Source: Blochmannia endosymbiont of Camponotus modoc (GTDB lineage Bacteria; Pseudomonadota; Gammaproteobacteria; Enterobacterales; Enterobacteriaceae). From it: DNA of 32,000 bases. The notes below the pieces were generated by a model that ran no database searches, was not told the origin of the DNA, and saw only the letters and a list, made by a program, of their open reading frames with translations. Made by a program: the position numbers and the translations under genes. The stretch spans positions 330,001 to 362,000 of the forward strand of contig NZ_CP097765.1 in NCBI RefSeq assembly GCF_023585785.1, given 5' to 3'. Of this stretch, positions 1 to 12,418 are shown piece after piece; the stretch's first letter is position 1, and each line of letters opens with the position of its first letter.

Positions 1-120
1 ACCTTGCTTATCACTAATAGTGATAATAGTATTATTAAAAGATGCATGTATATGGGCTACGCCATCTAAAATTTGTTTTTTGATCCGCTTGCGCGCTCGA
101 AGATTGGATGATTTAATCAT
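1..120 (-). CDS. rpsK: 30S ribosomal protein S11, N-terminal part, truncated by window edge
   Basis: Reverse strand from ATG at 118-120 reads [40 protein letters not shown], matching the S11 N-terminus; directly follows rpsM as in the alpha operon. Not in the ORF track. Confidence 0.93.
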   Translation of the reverse strand, partial: MIKSSNLRARKRIKKQILDGVAHIHASFNNTIITISDKQG

Positions 121-161
121 TTTATATTTGTGCTTTTTTATTTATTAATTACTTATTTAAA

Positions 162-518
162 TTATTTGTTCATTAACTTACGAGGACCTTTACGAGTTCT
201 AGCATTTGTTCTAGTTCTTTGTCCCCGTACTGGTAAATTACGACGATGACGTAATCCTCGGTAAGTACCAAGATCAATTAAACGTTTGATATTTAGAGTT
301 ACTTCTCGGCGTAAATCCCCTTCTACGATATATTCATCAACCGCATCACGTAATTTATCTATATGAATTTCAGACAATTTACAAAGTTGTACATGTTCAT
401 CTATACCTGTATTCAGACAAATTGAACGAGCACGGGATTTTCCGATTCCATAAATAGACATTAAAGCAACAACAGCATGTTTTCTATCAGGAATATTGAC
501 ACCTGCTATACGTACCAC
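162..518 (-). CDS. rpsM: 30S ribosomal protein S13 (GTG start)
   Basis: ORF 118 aa, [18 protein letters not shown]...[21 protein letters not shown]; S13 signature. Confidence 0.98.
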   Translation of the reverse strand: MVRIAGVNIPDRKHAVVALMSIYGIGKSRARSICLNTGIDEHVQLCKLSEIHIDKLRDAVDEYIVEGDLRREVTLNIKRLIDLGTYRGLRHRRNLPVRGQRTRTNARTRKGPRKLMNK

Positions 519-562
519 TATTTTATACTCCTAAAAGTTAATTATTCTATACTGAATAACCA

Positions 563-679
563 TTATCCTTGTCGTTGTTTATGCTTTGGATCCACGCGAC
601 AAACTACACGAATAACGTTATGTCTCTTCACAATTTCACAATAACGACATAATTTTTTCACTGACGTACGTACTTTCAT
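563..679 (-). CDS. rpmJ: 50S ribosomal protein L36 (38 aa)
   Basis: Manual translation [38 protein letters not shown]; between secY and rpsM as in enterobacteria. Missed by the ORF track because of size. Confidence 0.96.
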   Translation of the reverse strand: MKVRTSVKKLCRYCEIVKRHNVIRVVCRVDPKHKQRQG

Positions 680-715
680 AATGTTTCCTATAATCATATG
701 TATATGATTTATTGA

Positions 716-2053
716 TCAATGATTAAAATGTTTCAGGTTTGCTTTTTTAAGCACAGATTCATATTGACTAGACATCATTAAAGTTTGTATTTGGGCCATA
801 AAATCCATAATTACCACAACTACAATAAGTAAAGATGTTCCTCCAAAATAGAAAGGAACTTTCATAGCAATTCTCATAAACTCTGGTACTAAACAAATAA
901 ATGTAACATACATTGCACCAATGAAAGTCAAACGAATCATAATTTTATTAATATATTTTGCAGTTTGTTCTCCCGGTCTAATTCCAGGAACAAATGCTCC
1001 CGATTTTTTTAAATTTTCAGCTGTTTCACGGGGATTAAAAACTAAAGATGTGTAAAAAAAACAAAAAAACATAATAGCTGCCGCATAAAGTAAGATGTAT
1101 AATGGTTGACCTGGTTGTAGATATAAAGAAATAATAGTTAACCATTGCCAATTAGTACTACTTCCGAACCAAGAAATTACAGTACCCGGGAACAAGATGA
1201 CACTAGAAGCAAAAATAGCAGGAATGACACCAGCCATATTTACTTTAAGTGGTAAATGTGTACTTTGAGCAGCATAAACACGACGGCCTTGTTGACGTTG
1301 AGCATAATGTACTAAAATACGACGTTGTCCCCGTTCCATAAATACAACGAAAAAAGTAACACTCAATACCAAGCAAATAATTAAAATTAATATAAAAAAA
1401 TGTAACTCATCTTGTCTCACTTGTTCTATGGTATGCCCTATAGCCAGTGGTAATCCAGCAATTATCCCTGAGAAAATAATAATTGAAACACCATTTCCTA
1501 TACCTCTGCTAGTGATTTGATCACCTAGCCACATTAGAAAAACAGTACCACAAACAAGACTAATAATTGCTATACAATAAAAGGAAAATCCTGGATTAAT
1601 CACTAATCCCGATACATTAGGCAAACTAGTGACAATGCCTACTGATTGTAGTATTCCAAGTATTAAAGTTCCATAACGAATATACTGGTTAATTACTCTC
1701 CTACCACTTTCTCCTTCTTTTTTAATTTCTATTAAAGTAGGGTGTACCGTAGTTAATAGCTGAACAATAATTGAAGCTGAAATATATGGCATAATCCCTA
1801 AACTAAAGATAGAAGCACGACTTAAAGAGCCTCCAGAAAACATATTAAACATTTCGATAATAGTACCGTGTTGTTGTTCAATAATTTGTGCCAAAACAAT
1901 CAAATCTACTCCTGGAATTGGAATAAATGATCCCATGCGAAAAATGATTAAAGCGCCAATTACAAACATAATTCTACGTTTCAAGTCGCCTAACCCGCCT
2001 TTGATACTTTGAAAAGTAGATCTAGACTGTTGTTTATTAGTAACTGTCATCAT
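716..2053 (-). CDS. secY: Protein translocase subunit SecY
   Basis: 445 aa, [18 protein letters not shown]...PIPGVD...[26 protein letters not shown]; very close to enterobacterial SecY. Confidence 0.98.
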   Translation of the reverse strand: MMTVTNKQQSRSTFQSIKGGLGDLKRRIMFVIGALIIFRMGSFIPIPGVDLIVLAQIIEQQHGTIIEMFNMFSGGSLSRASIFSLGIMPYISASIIVQLLTTVHPTLIEIKKEGESGRRVINQYIRYGTLILGILQSVGIVTSLPNVSGLVINPGFSFYCIAIISLVCGTVFLMWLGDQITSRGIGNGVSIIIFSGIIAGLPLAIGHTIEQVRQDELHFFILILIICLVLSVTFFVVFMERGQRRILVHYAQRQQGRRVYAAQSTHLPLKVNMAGVIPAIFASSVILFPGTVISWFGSSTNWQWLTIISLYLQPGQPLYILLYAAAIMFFCFFYTSLVFNPRETAENLKKSGAFVPGIRPGEQTAKYINKIMIRLTFIGAMYVTFICLVPEFMRIAMKVPFYFGGTSLLIVVVVIMDFMAQIQTLMMSSQYESVLKKANLKHFNH

Positions 2054-2063
2054 TTTAGTTCAA

Positions 2064-2498
2064 TTACTCCTCTATTTGACCGCCTATAGATTGAATTGCA
2101 GTACGCGCCCCTTTACTAACGCGTAATTTACGTATCGTAACAGGACGTTTAATTTCTCCAGACATTATAATTTTAACAAACTTAATTTTTCGTCTAATAA
2201 TATTATAGGTTTTTAAAACATTTAAATCTATTACTTTGTCTGAAATACAAGATAAATCAGATAACCTAATTTCTTGGGTCACCGTAGCCTTGCGAGATGT
2301 AAACCCAAACTTTGGTAATCTACGATATAAAGGAGTCTGTCCTCCCTCAAATCCAAGACGCACCTTACCTCCAGAACGAGATTTTTGTCCTTTATGTCCA
2401 CGACCCCCTGTTTTACCTAATCCAGATCCTATTCCTCTACCTACTCGTTTACTTAAATGTTTAGCTCCTCTGGACGGAGAAATAGTATTAAGATACAT
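2064..2498 (-). CDS. rplO: 50S ribosomal protein L15
   Basis: 144 aa, [25 protein letters not shown] motif. Confidence 0.98.
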   Translation of the reverse strand: MYLNTISPSRGAKHLSKRVGRGIGSGLGKTGGRGHKGQKSRSGGKVRLGFEGGQTPLYRRLPKFGFTSRKATVTQEIRLSDLSCISDKVIDLNVLKTYNIIRRKIKFVKIIMSGEIKRPVTIRKLRVSKGARTAIQSIGGQIEE

Positions 2499-2526
2499 GA
2501 TTTACTACTCCATTTTGATCGCATAC

Positions 2527-2691
2527 TTAATTTAAGTTAATCATACCACGGATGGCAGGTGCATCAATTATTTCAACAGTATTTTTGATATGGCGCAATC
2601 CCTGCTCAACCCACCATACAAAGTTCTTATGTTTGGGGTATAAATTTTCTGATAAAGCTCTAATCTGAATAAGATTAATAATGTTTAACAT
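2527..2691 (-). CDS. rpmD: 50S ribosomal protein L30, short and divergent
   Basis: Manual reverse-strand translation [54 protein letters not shown] (54 aa), between rplO and rpsE, retaining PKHK and PAIRGMIN motifs. Confidence 0.85.
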   Translation of the reverse strand: MLNIINLIQIRALSENLYPKHKNFVWWVEQGLRHIKNTVEIIDAPAIRGMINLN

Positions 2692-3199
2692 AATTATAAT
2701 AACCTAAAATTTCTCTAATAGATTTACCTCGTTTTTCTGCAATCATTTCAGGAGATTTCATGCTTTGTAACGCATTTATAGTCGCACGCACTATATTAAT
2801 AGGATTTGTAGATCCATAAGCCTTTGCTAATACATTATGTATTCCAACCACTTCTAGTATAGCACGCATTGTAGTACCAGCAATAATTCCAGTTCCTTCA
2901 GCAGCAGGTTGCATATAAATACGAGAACCTGTGTATACTCCCTTAACTGCGTGTTGTAAAGTGCCTTTGTATAAGGAAATAATTACCATGTTACGACGAG
3001 CTTTTTCCATTGACTTTTGAATTGCTGACGGAACTTCACGAGCTTTACCGTAACCAAATCCTACCCGACCATTTACATCTCCTACCACAGTTAGAGCTGT
3101 AAAACTAAATACACGACCACCTTTAACCGTTTTGGATACTCGATTTACTGTAATTAATTTTTCTTGCAATTCACCAGGCTGTTTATCAGTATATTTCAT
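2675..3199 (-). CDS. rpsE: 30S ribosomal protein S5
   Basis: 174 aa, [22 protein letters not shown]...[17 protein letters not shown]; S5 signature. Confidence 0.98.
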   Translation of the reverse strand: MKYTDKQPGELQEKLITVNRVSKTVKGGRVFSFTALTVVGDVNGRVGFGYGKAREVPSAIQKSMEKARRNMVIISLYKGTLQHAVKGVYTGSRIYMQPAAEGTGIIAGTTMRAILEVVGIHNVLAKAYGSTNPINIVRATINALQSMKSPEMIAEKRGKSIREILGYYNYVKHY

Positions 3200-3214
3200 A
3201 TTATTTACCTTGTT

Positions 3215-3568
3215 TTAAAAAATTAACCCAGTTTTCCTAGCGCAATCAGCCAACATTTTCACTCTACCATGATATTTAAATCCAGAACGATCGAAAGATA
3301 CATTTATAATACCTTTTTTTATTGCCCGTTCCGCAATAATTTTTCCTACTATAGCTGCAGCTTTTTTATTACTGGTTGTTGTTAATTGATTAGAAATTAA
3401 TTTTTCCGCAGTAGAAGCTGCAACTAAGACGTTAGAATTATCTTTTGCAATTATTTGTGCATAAATATGCCGACAAGTTCGATGTATCACTAATCTTATA
3501 GCATCTAATTTATACAACTTTTTTCGTGTTCTCGTAGCTCTTTTGATACGAGCATCTTTTTTATTCAT
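3215..3568 (-). CDS. rplR: 50S ribosomal protein L18
   Basis: 117 aa, [18 protein letters not shown]...[18 protein letters not shown]. Confidence 0.98.
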   Translation of the reverse strand: MNKKDARIKRATRTRKKLYKLDAIRLVIHRTCRHIYAQIIAKDNSNVLVAASTAEKLISNQLTTTSNKKAAAIVGKIIAERAIKKGIINVSFDRSGFKYHGRVKMLADCARKTGLIF

Positions 3569-3599
3569 GTTACATGATTCTCTATATAATTGATAATAA

Positions 3600-4166
3600 T
3601 TATTTTTTCTTAGTATCTTTGTTATGCACTATTTCATCGATATAACGAATACCTTTTCCTTTAAAAGGTTCAGGAGGACGAAGTGCTCTCAGGTCTGCAG
3701 CAACTTGACCGATAAGTTGCTTATTCATCCCTGTTAAAATAATTTCGGTTTGACTTGGACACGTTGCTGTGATTTCAGTAGGTAATATATAGTCAATGGA
3801 ATGAGATAAACCTATGATTAGGTTGATGATATTATCTTGAATAGATACACGATAACCTATTCCTACTAGTTGCAGTGTCTTAGTGAACCCTGTTGTAACT
3901 CCAGTAATCATTCCATTAATTAATGCACAGGTTGTTCCTATCAAAGCTTTATTTTTGATATCAAAATTATTGCTATAGATCATCAGTTTTGATGTATCAT
4001 GCAATTGTACATCAACCGATTTGTGTAATATACGAGTTAATGCACCAAGCGTACCTGTAATAGAAATGCTATGGTTTGCTACTATTATATCTATAGTTAT
4101 TGTTTTAGGAATAGAAATTATCGTTTTACATATATGGTGCGGAAATATCTTGGTATTAAGACACAT
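3600..4166 (-). CDS. rplF: 50S ribosomal protein L6 (start probably at internal Met9 of the tracked ORF 3600..4190)
   Basis: [39 protein letters not shown] motifs. The N-terminus aligns best from [11 protein letters not shown]. Confidence 0.93.
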   Translation of the reverse strand: MCLNTKIFPHHICKTIISIPKTITIDIIVANHSISITGTLGALTRILHKSVDVQLHDTSKLMIYSNNFDIKNKALIGTTCALINGMITGVTTGFTKTLQLVGIGYRVSIQDNIINLIIGLSHSIDYILPTEITATCPSQTEIILTGMNKQLIGQVAADLRALRPPEPFKGKGIRYIDEIVHNKDTKKK

Positions 4167-4551
4167 AACATATAATCTCCCCACCAACATTAAGCTGACG
4201 AGCTCTATTATCTGTGATTACACCTTTAGAAGTAGAAATTATAACAATACCCATACCAGACATTACCTGAGGTAGTTCCTTTCTCTTTTTATAGATACGT
4301 AATCCAGGTCGACTAATACGTTTTATGATATCTATGACGGGTTTTCTTTTTTGATAATATTTTAAAAATACTTCTAAAGTTGGTTTGATGCTGTCTTTAA
4401 TATTATATTTCTGTATAAATCCTTCTTCTACTAATACATGAACAATTGCTACTTTCATTGCAGAAGATGGAGTGCAAACTTTATCTTTTTTAGAAATTTG
4501 CCCGTTACGTATAGTAGTTAACATATCCGCGATTGAATCTTGCATACTCAT
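4156..4551 (-). CDS. rpsH: 30S ribosomal protein S8
   Basis: 131 aa, [18 protein letters not shown]...GGEIICYVS. Confidence 0.98.
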   Translation of the reverse strand: MSMQDSIADMLTTIRNGQISKKDKVCTPSSAMKVAIVHVLVEEGFIQKYNIKDSIKPTLEVFLKYYQKRKPVIDIIKRISRPGLRIYKKRKELPQVMSGMGIVIISTSKGVITDNRARQLNVGGEIICYVS

Positions 4552-4582
4552 TATAGCTCCAAGCAGTAAAATATTGTTACAA

Positions 4583-4888
4583 TTACCAACTAGCTTTCCT
4601 TAAACCAGGTATTTCGCCGCGCATAGCAGCTTCGCGTACCTTCATACGGCTCAATCCAAATTTTCTTAAAAACGCGTGAGGACGTCCAGTATGGCGGCAA
4701 CGATTACGTCGTCTAGATGGGCTAGAATCACGTGGTAAAGTCTGTAATTTTAAAACCGCATTCCAACGTTCCTCATTAGGAATGCGTTGATCAATAATAA
4801 TTTTTTTTAGAGAAATACGTTGTGTATAATATTTATTAACTAATTTTAAACGCTTTATTTCGCGTGCCTTTATAGATTCCTTGGTCAT
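4583..4888 (-). CDS. rpsN: 30S ribosomal protein S14 (long form without zinc-binding Cys cluster)
   Basis: 101 aa, [51 protein letters not shown]. Confidence 0.98.
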   Translation of the reverse strand: MTKESIKAREIKRLKLVNKYYTQRISLKKIIIDQRIPNEERWNAVLKLQTLPRDSSPSRRRNRCRHTGRPHAFLRKFGLSRMKVREAAMRGEIPGLRKASW

Positions 4889-4920
4889 AATTAACGCTCC
4901 TTTTATTTGAAGTAATACGA

Positions 4921-5460
4921 TTATTTTCTAAATGGAAATCGAAATGCAGTTAGTAAAGCATACGCTTCATTATCAGAAATGGAGCTAGTAGTAATAGTAA
5001 TATCCATTCCTCGCATATCATCCACGGTATCATAATCAATTTCTGGAAAGATAATTTGCTCGCGGATTCCAATACTATAATTACCATGCCCATCAAAAGA
5101 TTTAACAGATAACCCGCGAAAATCACGAATACGAGGCATGGCAATAAAAATAAATCTTTCCAGAAATTCCCACATACGCGAACCTCGTAAAGTTACCTTA
5201 CAGCCAATTGGTTGACCTTGACGAATTTTGAAACTAGAGATAGATTTTCGTGCTGTAGTGATTACTGGTTTTTGTCCTGAAATTACCATTAAATCTTCTA
5301 CTGCTTTTTCCAAAAGCTTTTTATTAGTAACAGATTTACCTACTCCCATATTAATAGTAATTTTTTTAATTTTAGGCACTTGCATAATAGATCGATAATT
5401 AAATTTATGCATTAAATTTTGTATTATATTATTTTTATAATAATCATATAATTTAGTCAT
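4921..5460 (-). CDS. rplE: 50S ribosomal protein L5
   Basis: 179 aa, [34 protein letters not shown]. Confidence 0.98.
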   Translation of the reverse strand: MTKLYDYYKNNIIQNLMHKFNYRSIMQVPKIKKITINMGVGKSVTNKKLLEKAVEDLMVISGQKPVITTARKSISSFKIRQGQPIGCKVTLRGSRMWEFLERFIFIAMPRIRDFRGLSVKSFDGHGNYSIGIREQIIFPEIDYDTVDDMRGMDITITTSSISDNEAYALLTAFRFPFRK

Positions 5461-5472
5461 ATATTATTCCAA

Positions 5473-5793
5473 TCATTTAACTATATCCCTATTAGACTTA
5501 AATATACGTATTTTTTTACCATTTTGTATTGTAAAACCTACACGATCTGCTTTATTTAAAGTAGGGTTAAATATCGCAATATTAGATAAATCAAGGGATG
5601 CTTCTTTTTCAATAATGCCTCCTGGTTGATTTTTATTAGGGATAGGCTTTTGATGTTTTTTTACTAAATTTATTCCTGTTACTATAGCCCTGCCTTTATC
5701 ATAAAAAACACACTTTACTTTCCCCTTTTTTCCTTTATCCTTTCCACTTAATACAATAACTTCATCGTTACGTTTAATTTTAGCTGCTGCCAT
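5473..5793 (-). CDS. rplX: 50S ribosomal protein L24
   Basis: 106 aa, [25 protein letters not shown] motif. Confidence 0.97.
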   Translation of the reverse strand: MAAAKIKRNDEVIVLSGKDKGKKGKVKCVFYDKGRAIVTGINLVKKHQKPIPNKNQPGGIIEKEASLDLSNIAIFNPTLNKADRVGFTIQNGKKIRIFKSNRDIVK

Positions 5794-5808
5794 ATATAAT
5801 ACTCTCCA

Positions 5809-6180
5809 TCAAAGTACCTCGGGGGCTAAAGAAATAATCTTCATAAATTTTTCGTTGCGTAATTCGCGAGTTACTGGACCAAAAATACGAGTACCTATAG
5901 GTTGGATGTTGGTGTCATTTAATAATACACAAGCATTATTATCAAATCTAATAATAGATCCATCTAGACGACGTACACCTTTTTTCGTACGTACTACAAC
6001 AGCTTTTAATACATCGCCCTTTTTCACTTTAGCGCGTGGTACTGCTTCTTTAATAGCAACTTTAATAACGTCCCCTATATTAGCATAACGACGACCAGAG
6101 CCACCTAGCACTTTAATGCACATTGCATATCGTGCGCCAGAATTATCGGCAACATTTAAAATAGTGCGTTCTTGAATCAC
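5809..6180 (-). CDS. rplN: 50S ribosomal protein L14
   Basis: 123 aa, [33 protein letters not shown]. Confidence 0.98.
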   Translation of the reverse strand: MIQERTILNVADNSGARYAMCIKVLGGSGRRYANIGDVIKVAIKEAVPRAKVKKGDVLKAVVVRTKKGVRRLDGSIIRFDNNACVLLNDTNIQPIGTRIFGPVTRELRNEKFMKIISLAPEVL

Positions 6181-6298
6181 ACAATTACTCCATAGTAATG
6201 ATTGAATTTAAATTTTTAAAAGATATACACGTTCATATATTTTGATTTACTAGTGCTAATTAAATAGTTTATCACTAATTCATATGATTATTATCTTT

Positions 6299-6553
6299 TT
6301 AAAAATTAGATTTTTTGATAATAGAAGTTAATATCCAAGATTTTTTTTTAGAAATAGGACGGCATTCTTGTACTTCAACAAGATCTCCAACATTAGTCTC
6401 GTTATTAGGATCATGTACATGCAGTTTAGTGGTACGTTTAATAAATTTTTCATATGTTGAATGCTTAATTAATCTCTCTATAGAAACAACAACAGATTTA
6501 TTCATTTTTTTGTTACATACACGACCTAGTAGGATACGAATCCTATCACTCAT
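6299..6553 (-). CDS. rpsQ: 30S ribosomal protein S17
   Basis: 84 aa, [19 protein letters not shown] motif; between rplN and rpmC. Confidence 0.96.
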   Translation of the reverse strand: MSDRIRILLGRVCNKKMNKSVVVSIERLIKHSTYEKFIKRTTKLHVHDPNNETNVGDLVEVQECRPISKKKSWILTSIIKKSNF

Positions 6554-6567
6554 GGAATATTCTCCTT

Positions 6568-6780
6568 TTATACTTTTTTATTATTAGATAAATAATTTTT
6601 AATAGATGCTATATTGCGACGTACTTTTTTTAATAAATGCAATTGTTTTAATTGACCTGATTTTGCTTGTATACGTAAATTAAAATACTCACGTAATACC
6701 TTTACTAACTCTGATTGAAGCGATACTGTAGTAATAGTGTCATTTTTTTTTTGATTTAATAATTTGATGATGTTATTCAT
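6568..6780 (-). CDS. rpmC: 50S ribosomal protein L29
   Basis: 70 aa, [29 protein letters not shown]. Confidence 0.95.
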   Translation of the reverse strand: MNNIIKLLNQKKNDTITTVSLQSELVKVLREYFNLRIQAKSGQLKQLHLLKKVRRNIASIKNYLSNNKKV

Positions 6781-7187
6781 TATCTTCCTATTAAAATGGT
6801 TTTAACGGGTAATTTTGATGCGCCTAATTTAAAAGCATTATACGCTAGTTCTTTTGGTACTCCATTTATTTCATATAATATTTTTCCTGGTTGTATTAAT
6901 GCTACCCAATATTCTACATTACCTTTTCCTTTCCCCATGCGTACTTCGAGAGGTTTTTTAGTAATAGGTTTGTCTGGAAACACACGAATCCAGATTTTTC
7001 CTTGACGTTTTATAGCACGGCTTATGGCGCGTCGTGCTGCTTCAATTTGACAAGATTTTAATCGCCCGCGGCTAGTAGCTTTTAAAGCAAATTGCCCAAA
7101 ACTGATATTGTCGTTTACTTTTGTTCCCCGGTTACGCCCTTTATGCATTTTACGAAATTTTGTGCGCTTTGGTTGCAGAAGCATCAT
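6780..7187 (-). CDS. rplP: 50S ribosomal protein L16
   Basis: 135 aa, [20 protein letters not shown]...[12 protein letters not shown]. Confidence 0.98.
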   Translation of the reverse strand: MMLLQPKRTKFRKMHKGRNRGTKVNDNISFGQFALKATSRGRLKSCQIEAARRAISRAIKRQGKIWIRVFPDKPITKKPLEVRMGKGKGNVEYWVALIQPGKILYEINGVPKELAYNAFKLGASKLPVKTILIGR

Positions 7188-7195
7188 ATTATCCT

Positions 7196-7903
7196 TTATA
7201 TGCGAGTTTTATGTTTTTTCTTGCTAGAATTACTAATCGTTTGATCTGATGAATATCCTGTATTCAGCAACACATCTCCTAAAATTTCCCCTTTAAAAAC
7301 CCATACCTTAATCCCGATTATACCATACGTAGTACGTGCTTCTGAAAGACTATAATCAATATCGGCACGTAAAGTATGTAATGGAACTCGTCCCTCTCTG
7401 TACCATTCAGTACGAGCAATCTCAGCTCCGCTTAGTCTCCCACTTACTTCTACTTTAATCCCTTTAGCTCCTAAACGCATAGCGTTTTGTACCACACGTT
7501 TCATTGCCCTCCTAAATACTACTCTACGTTCTAATTGGGATGCGATATTATCAGCTAACAGCTTGGCATCTAATTCTGGTTTACGAACTTCAGCAATATT
7601 GAGTTGCGTTGGAACACCAGAAATGCGTGCTATGTTTTTACGTAATTTTTCAATATCCTCCCCCTTTTTTCCAATTATAAGACCAGGTCTAGCTGTATAA
7701 ACAGTTACTCTTATGCTCTTAGCAGGACGCTCAATAATTATACGGGATACTAAAGCTTTTGAAAGTTTTTGCATCAAAAACTGACGTACTTTAAAATCAT
7801 TCCCTAAATTGTCAGAAAAATCTTTGTTATTTGCGTACCAGGTAGAATGCCACGTCTTGGTAATACCCAAACGCACACCATTCGGATGTACCTTTTGACC
7901 CAT
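7196..7903 (-). CDS. rpsC: 30S ribosomal protein S3
   Basis: 235 aa, [22 protein letters not shown]...KH domain. Confidence 0.98.
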   Translation of the reverse strand: MGQKVHPNGVRLGITKTWHSTWYANNKDFSDNLGNDFKVRQFLMQKLSKALVSRIIIERPAKSIRVTVYTARPGLIIGKKGEDIEKLRKNIARISGVPTQLNIAEVRKPELDAKLLADNIASQLERRVVFRRAMKRVVQNAMRLGAKGIKVEVSGRLSGAEIARTEWYREGRVPLHTLRADIDYSLSEARTTYGIIGIKVWVFKGEILGDVLLNTGYSSDQTISNSSKKKHKTRI

Positions 7904-7936
7904 TTTTAAATGCTCCGTCCGTTTAAATATAATTTT

Positions 7937-8266
7937 TTAATTAGACACTACTATAGTAAGATGACTTGTTCGTTTCATAATTTTATCTGATCGCCCTTTA
8001 GCACGCGGCATAATTCTTTTAATAATAGGACCGTTATCGACAAAAACTTTAATAATTTTTAAATTATTAATATCTGAACTGTCGTTATGTTCCGCATTAG
8101 CAATAGCAGATTCTAAGGTCTTTTTTACTAATTTGGCAGATTTTTTGTTGGTATACTTTAAGATATCAAGCGCCTGAGATACTTTTTTTCCTCGTACTGT
8201 ATTAACTACTAAACGAAGTTTTTGAGCAGAAGAACGAATATAACGGCATCTAGCAATTGTTTCCAT
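7937..8266 (-). CDS. rplV: 50S ribosomal protein L22 (start likely METIARCRY, aa 9 of tracked ORF ending at 8290)
   Basis: [26 protein letters not shown]...[19 protein letters not shown]. Confidence 0.97.
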   Translation of the reverse strand: METIARCRYIRSSAQKLRLVVNTVRGKKVSQALDILKYTNKKSAKLVKKTLESAIANAEHNDSSDINNLKIIKVFVDNGPIIKRIMPRAKGRSDKIMKRTSHLTIVVSN

Positions 8267-8316
8267 ACCAAAATACCCTCTATAGCACATCTTATTTTAA
8301 GATCATAATCATACCT

Positions 8317-8598
8317 TTAATAATGTTTTTTTATTTTCTTATCAACTGAATGACCACGATACGTACGAGTTGGAGCAAATTCACCTAATTTATGCCCAAC
8401 CATTTCATCTGATATGAATATGGGTATATGTTGACGTCCGTTATGCACTGCTACAGTTAAACCAATCATTCTTGGAAATATTGTTGATCGTCGTGACCAA
8501 GTCCTAATAGGTTTTTTATCACCTGTTTCTATTGCTTTTTCCACTTTTTTTAGAAGATGCAAGTCAATAAATGGCCCTTTCTTAATAGAACGCGACAT
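8317..8598 (-). CDS. rpsS: 30S ribosomal protein S19
   Basis: 93 aa, [19 protein letters not shown]...[16 protein letters not shown]. Confidence 0.98.
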
Positions 8599-8624
8599 AT
8601 ACTGTATTCCTAATCCTTCAAATT

Positions 8625-9452
8625 TTATTTATTACGATGAGACAATATAAACTTATTAGTACGTTTATTACTACGGGTTTTTTTTCCTTTGGTTTGTATT
8701 CCCCAAGGAGACACGGGATGTTTTCCAAAATTTTTTCCTTCTCCACCTCCGTGAGGATGATCAATCGGATTCATAGCTGTTCCACGTACAGTAGGACGAT
8801 TTCCACGCCATCTATTGGCTCCAGCTTTACCTAACATACGTAACATATGTTCAGAATTACCAACTTCTCCTACGGTTGCTCGGCACTCACAGCGAATCTT
8901 TCGTATTTCACCAGACCGCAAACGAAGTATCATATACTCCCCATCACGAGCTACAATTTGTATATAAGATCCTGCAGACCGGGCTAATTGCCCACCTTTT
9001 CCTGGTTTCATTTCTACATTATGAATAGTAGATCCTATTGGAATATTACTCATAGGCAAAGCATTGCCTGGTTTTATTGGAACATTTACTCCAGAACTTA
9101 TAAAATCTCCTATTTTTACATCTTTTGGAGCTAAAATATAACGATACTCCCCATCTCTATATGAAAGCAATGCTATATTTGCTGAACGATTTGGATCATA
9201 TTCTAAGCGTTTGATTACAGCAGAAATCCCATCCTTATTACGCTTAAAATCAATGATTCTATAACGTTTTTTATGCCCCCCTCCTATATGTCGCACAGTA
9301 ATACGACCATAATTATTACGTCCTCCTGATCTATTATTAATTTTATTGGATAATAATGAAGAAAAAGGATTCCCTTTATATAAATCATGGTTCACTAGCT
9401 TAGTTACATGTCGTCTACCCGGGGAGGTTGGATTGCACTTAATAATAGGCAT
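8625..9452 (-). CDS. rplB: 50S ribosomal protein L2
   Basis: 275 aa, NPVxHPHGGG-like [25 protein letters not shown]. Confidence 0.98.
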
Positions 9453-9475
9453 CTCTTTTGATCTTCCGTATTTAT

Positions 9476-9778
9476 TTATTCTACTGTATTGATAAAATCA
9501 ATTTTTTGTCCTTTTTCTAAAACAACATATGCTTTTTTCCAGTTGCTACAGCGACCAATTTTGTTAGCCTTTCTTTTAGATTTTCCTGCTACTATTATAG
9601 TGTTTATAGTATTTACTTTCACAGAAAATAACATATTGATAGCATTTTTAATATCTGTTTTAGTTGCATATTTTGCTACTTTAAAAGAAAAAGCATTATG
9701 GCGTTCCAATGTAATGGACGTTTTTTCAGAAACGTGTACAGATCTCAGTATTTTTAATAAACGTTCTTGATAAATCAT
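9476..9778 (-). CDS. rplW: 50S ribosomal protein L23
   Basis: 100 aa, [16 protein letters not shown]...; between rplB and rplD. Confidence 0.96.
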   Translation of the reverse strand: MIYQERLLKILRSVHVSEKTSITLERHNAFSFKVAKYATKTDIKNAINMLFSVKVNTINTIIVAGKSKRKANKIGRCSNWKKAYVVLEKGQKIDFINTVE

Positions 9779-10407
9779 ACTAATTGTTTCTCAATTTTCT
9801 TAATCGCGCTATCAGCAATTAAAGTAACGTTAAAATTTATTAAACTTACTGGATCTATATGCGTTGCGGTACGCACCTCTATTTTATGAACGTTACGTGA
9901 TGCTAAAAGCAAATTTTTATCCAAAAAATCGGTAAAAATCAATATACTTTTTTTTGAAGTTATTGTTCTTAATTTTTCTAATAATAATTTAGTTTTTGGT
10001 TCTTTTATAAACAAATTTCTTACTAAAAATAAACGATTATCGCAAACTAATTTAGATAAAATGCTTCTTATTGCCCCTCTGTACATTTTTTTATTTATTT
10101 TTTGGGCATATAGTTTAGGTTTAGCCGCAAAGGTTACTCCGCCAGAACGCCAAATAGGACTTTTTACCGATCCAGAACGCGCGCGACCGGTACCTTTTTG
10201 ACGCCACGGTTTTTTATTAGAACCCGAAACTTCTGATCGACTCTTTTGAGATCGAGTACCTTGACGAGAATTAGTTAAGTAAGTAGAAATTACTTGATGT
10301 ATTAATGCCTGATTAAAAGGACATTTAAAAATTTCATCAGATACAAAAAATTTCTCTGAATCTAGAATACTGACTTCTGCTGTAAAATCCCTGACTTCTA
10401 ATTCCAT
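9775..10407 (-). CDS. rplD: 50S ribosomal protein L4
   Basis: 210 aa, [32 protein letters not shown]. Confidence 0.98.
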   Translation of the reverse strand: MELEVRDFTAEVSILDSEKFFVSDEIFKCPFNQALIHQVISTYLTNSRQGTRSQKSRSEVSGSNKKPWRQKGTGRARSGSVKSPIWRSGGVTFAAKPKLYAQKINKKMYRGAIRSILSKLVCDNRLFLVRNLFIKEPKTKLLLEKLRTITSKKSILIFTDFLDKNLLLASRNVHKIEVRTATHIDPVSLINFNVTLIADSAIKKIEKQLV

Positions 10408-11061
10408 TTATATTTTCTCTCTAATATTTATTTTAACAGATTTTTTAATAGATAAATTACCACCAATTATTCCAGGAACAGCACCTTTAACTAACAATAA
10501 ATTAAGTTTTACATCAACATTAACAACATCTAAATTTTGTACCGTAACTTTATAATTTCCTAATTGCCCTGCCATTTTTTTACCCTTAAATACTCTACCA
10601 GGAGTTTGATTTTGACCGATAGATCCAGGAGCTCTGTGTGACAGTGAATTACCATGACTTGCATCTTGCATATGAAAATTCCAACGTTTTATTGTACCTG
10701 CAAAACCTTTACCTTTCGAAATTCCTGTAATGTCAACTTTTTTAACATTTGTAAAAATCTGTATAGTGATAATATCTCCTAATGATAGCTGTGGCATCCC
10801 TTTTTCTTCACAACGAAACTCCCATACACCACGACCAGCATCAACGCCTGACTTTATCATATGCCCTGTTTCTGGTCTATTAATATGTTTAAAGTTTTTA
10901 ATACCAGTAGTTACTTGAACTGCGCAATACCCATCGTTTTCAATATTTTTTATTTGCGTCACACGATGCGGTGTTATTCTGATCATAGTTACAGGGATAG
11001 ATACTCCATCTTTATCAAACAAACGAGTCATACCCAATTTTTGACCAATTAGACCTTGCAT
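10408..11061 (-). CDS. rplC: 50S ribosomal protein L3
   Basis: 217 aa, [15 protein letters not shown]...[25 protein letters not shown]. Confidence 0.98.
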   Translation of the reverse strand: MQGLIGQKLGMTRLFDKDGVSIPVTMIRITPHRVTQIKNIENDGYCAVQVTTGIKNFKHINRPETGHMIKSGVDAGRGVWEFRCEEKGMPQLSLGDIITIQIFTNVKKVDITGISKGKGFAGTIKRWNFHMQDASHGNSLSHRAPGSIGQNQTPGRVFKGKKMAGQLGNYKVTVQNLDVVNVDVKLNLLLVKGAVPGIIGGNLSIKKSVKINIREKI

Positions 11062-11170
11062 GATTGTGGATATAACCCCTCTATTACTTTTAGTACAAAA
11101 GTATTATTTGTATTTTACACATAATACACCAATGAATGCTGAATGCCTATTACGATGCATCTTCTATACG

Positions 11171-11512
<342 letters not shown>

Positions 11513-11681
11513 TCATAAACAACTCTACACAAACCCTTTTTCATGTTTCACCCGAAATCTTTAAACGAACATCTAAAACATCTTCGTATCACATATCCAA
11601 AATGTAAAACTGTCTTTATTCCTATCGAACATACCAATTAATTTTTTTATTATTTTCTGCAATAAAACATCACATCAACTT

Positions 11682-11709
11682 AGTGTACCAGTAAACAAAT
11701 AAAAAACAA
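11682..11709 (-). promoter_or_regulatory. Possible sigma-70 promoter for the S10 operon
   Basis: Reverse strand TTGTTT-16 nt-TACACT in the 317 bp rpsJ/bfr spacer, about 200 nt upstream of rpsJ; AT-rich background makes chance matches common. Confidence 0.3.
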
Positions 11710-11799
11710 GGTTAATCAGAATAAAATTCAAAATATTACTAGAAAATTTTAATATTAAAAATATTATAAACAATTTATGTCATTTTGATAAGTATGAAA

Positions 11800-12270
11800 T
11801 TATTTTTTCAACTGTGATTGTATATAATTATGCATACCAATTTTTATCATGAGATTTAGCTCTGTTTCTAAAAAATCAATGTGTTTTTCTTCATCTTTAA
11901 GAATTTGTATCATTATATCCCTAGATACATAATCTTGTATTGAACCAGCGTATTTGATGCCTTTGCGTAAATTTTCAATACTATGAAATTCTAAACTAAG
12001 ATCAGCACGTAAAATATCTTCAATATTTTTTTTAATGTTTAATGGATCAAATTTCCTTAAGGTGGGCATACTTTCTAAAAATAAAATACGTTTTGCATAA
12101 AGATCCGCATGATCTAACTCATCTACGCATTCTTGATATTCTATCTTGTTAAGGCGTTCTAATCCCCAGTTTTTAAAAATTTTAGAATGTAAAAAGTATT
12201 GGTTTACAGCAACCAATTCATCGCTCAACAAATTATTAAGATGGGCAATAATGTGATCATCTCCTTTCAT
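11800..12270 (-). CDS. bfr: Bacterioferritin (ferritin-like, ferroxidase residues kept, heme-ligand Met52 replaced by Leu)
   Basis: 156 aa, MKGDDHIIAHLNNLLSDELVAVNQYFLHSKIFKNWGLERL...DYVSRDIMIQILKDEEKHIDFLETEL; colinear with E. coli Bfr. Confidence 0.95.
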   Translation of the reverse strand: MKGDDHIIAHLNNLLSDELVAVNQYFLHSKIFKNWGLERLNKIEYQECVDELDHADLYAKRILFLESMPTLRKFDPLNIKKNIEDILRADLSLEFHSIENLRKGIKYAGSIQDYVSRDIMIQILKDEEKHIDFLETELNLMIKIGMHNYIQSQLKK

Positions 12271-12418
12271 AATATCTCCTTAGATGTATATCCACATACA
12301 TTGTATTGTTTAATTTTGAATTATGAATTAAATATTTAAAAAAAAAATCATAACTAGTATCGTTACTGACTATACCTATCTTCTTATTCTTAATAAAAAG
12401 AAGTTATATGATGGACGT

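Noticed and set aside
2236-2535. 99 aa plus-strand ORF antisense to rplO
   Set aside because: Lies fully opposite a highly conserved ribosomal gene; protein has low-complexity, no recognisable domain. Antisense open frames are expected opposite such genes.
4021-11052. Other plus-strand ORFs opposite the ribosomal operons (4021..4275, 5855..6088, 6315..6587, 6796..7005, 8637..8834, 9489..9770, 10861..11052)
   Set aside because: Every one is antisense to a confident CDS and no product is recognisable; treated as chance frames.
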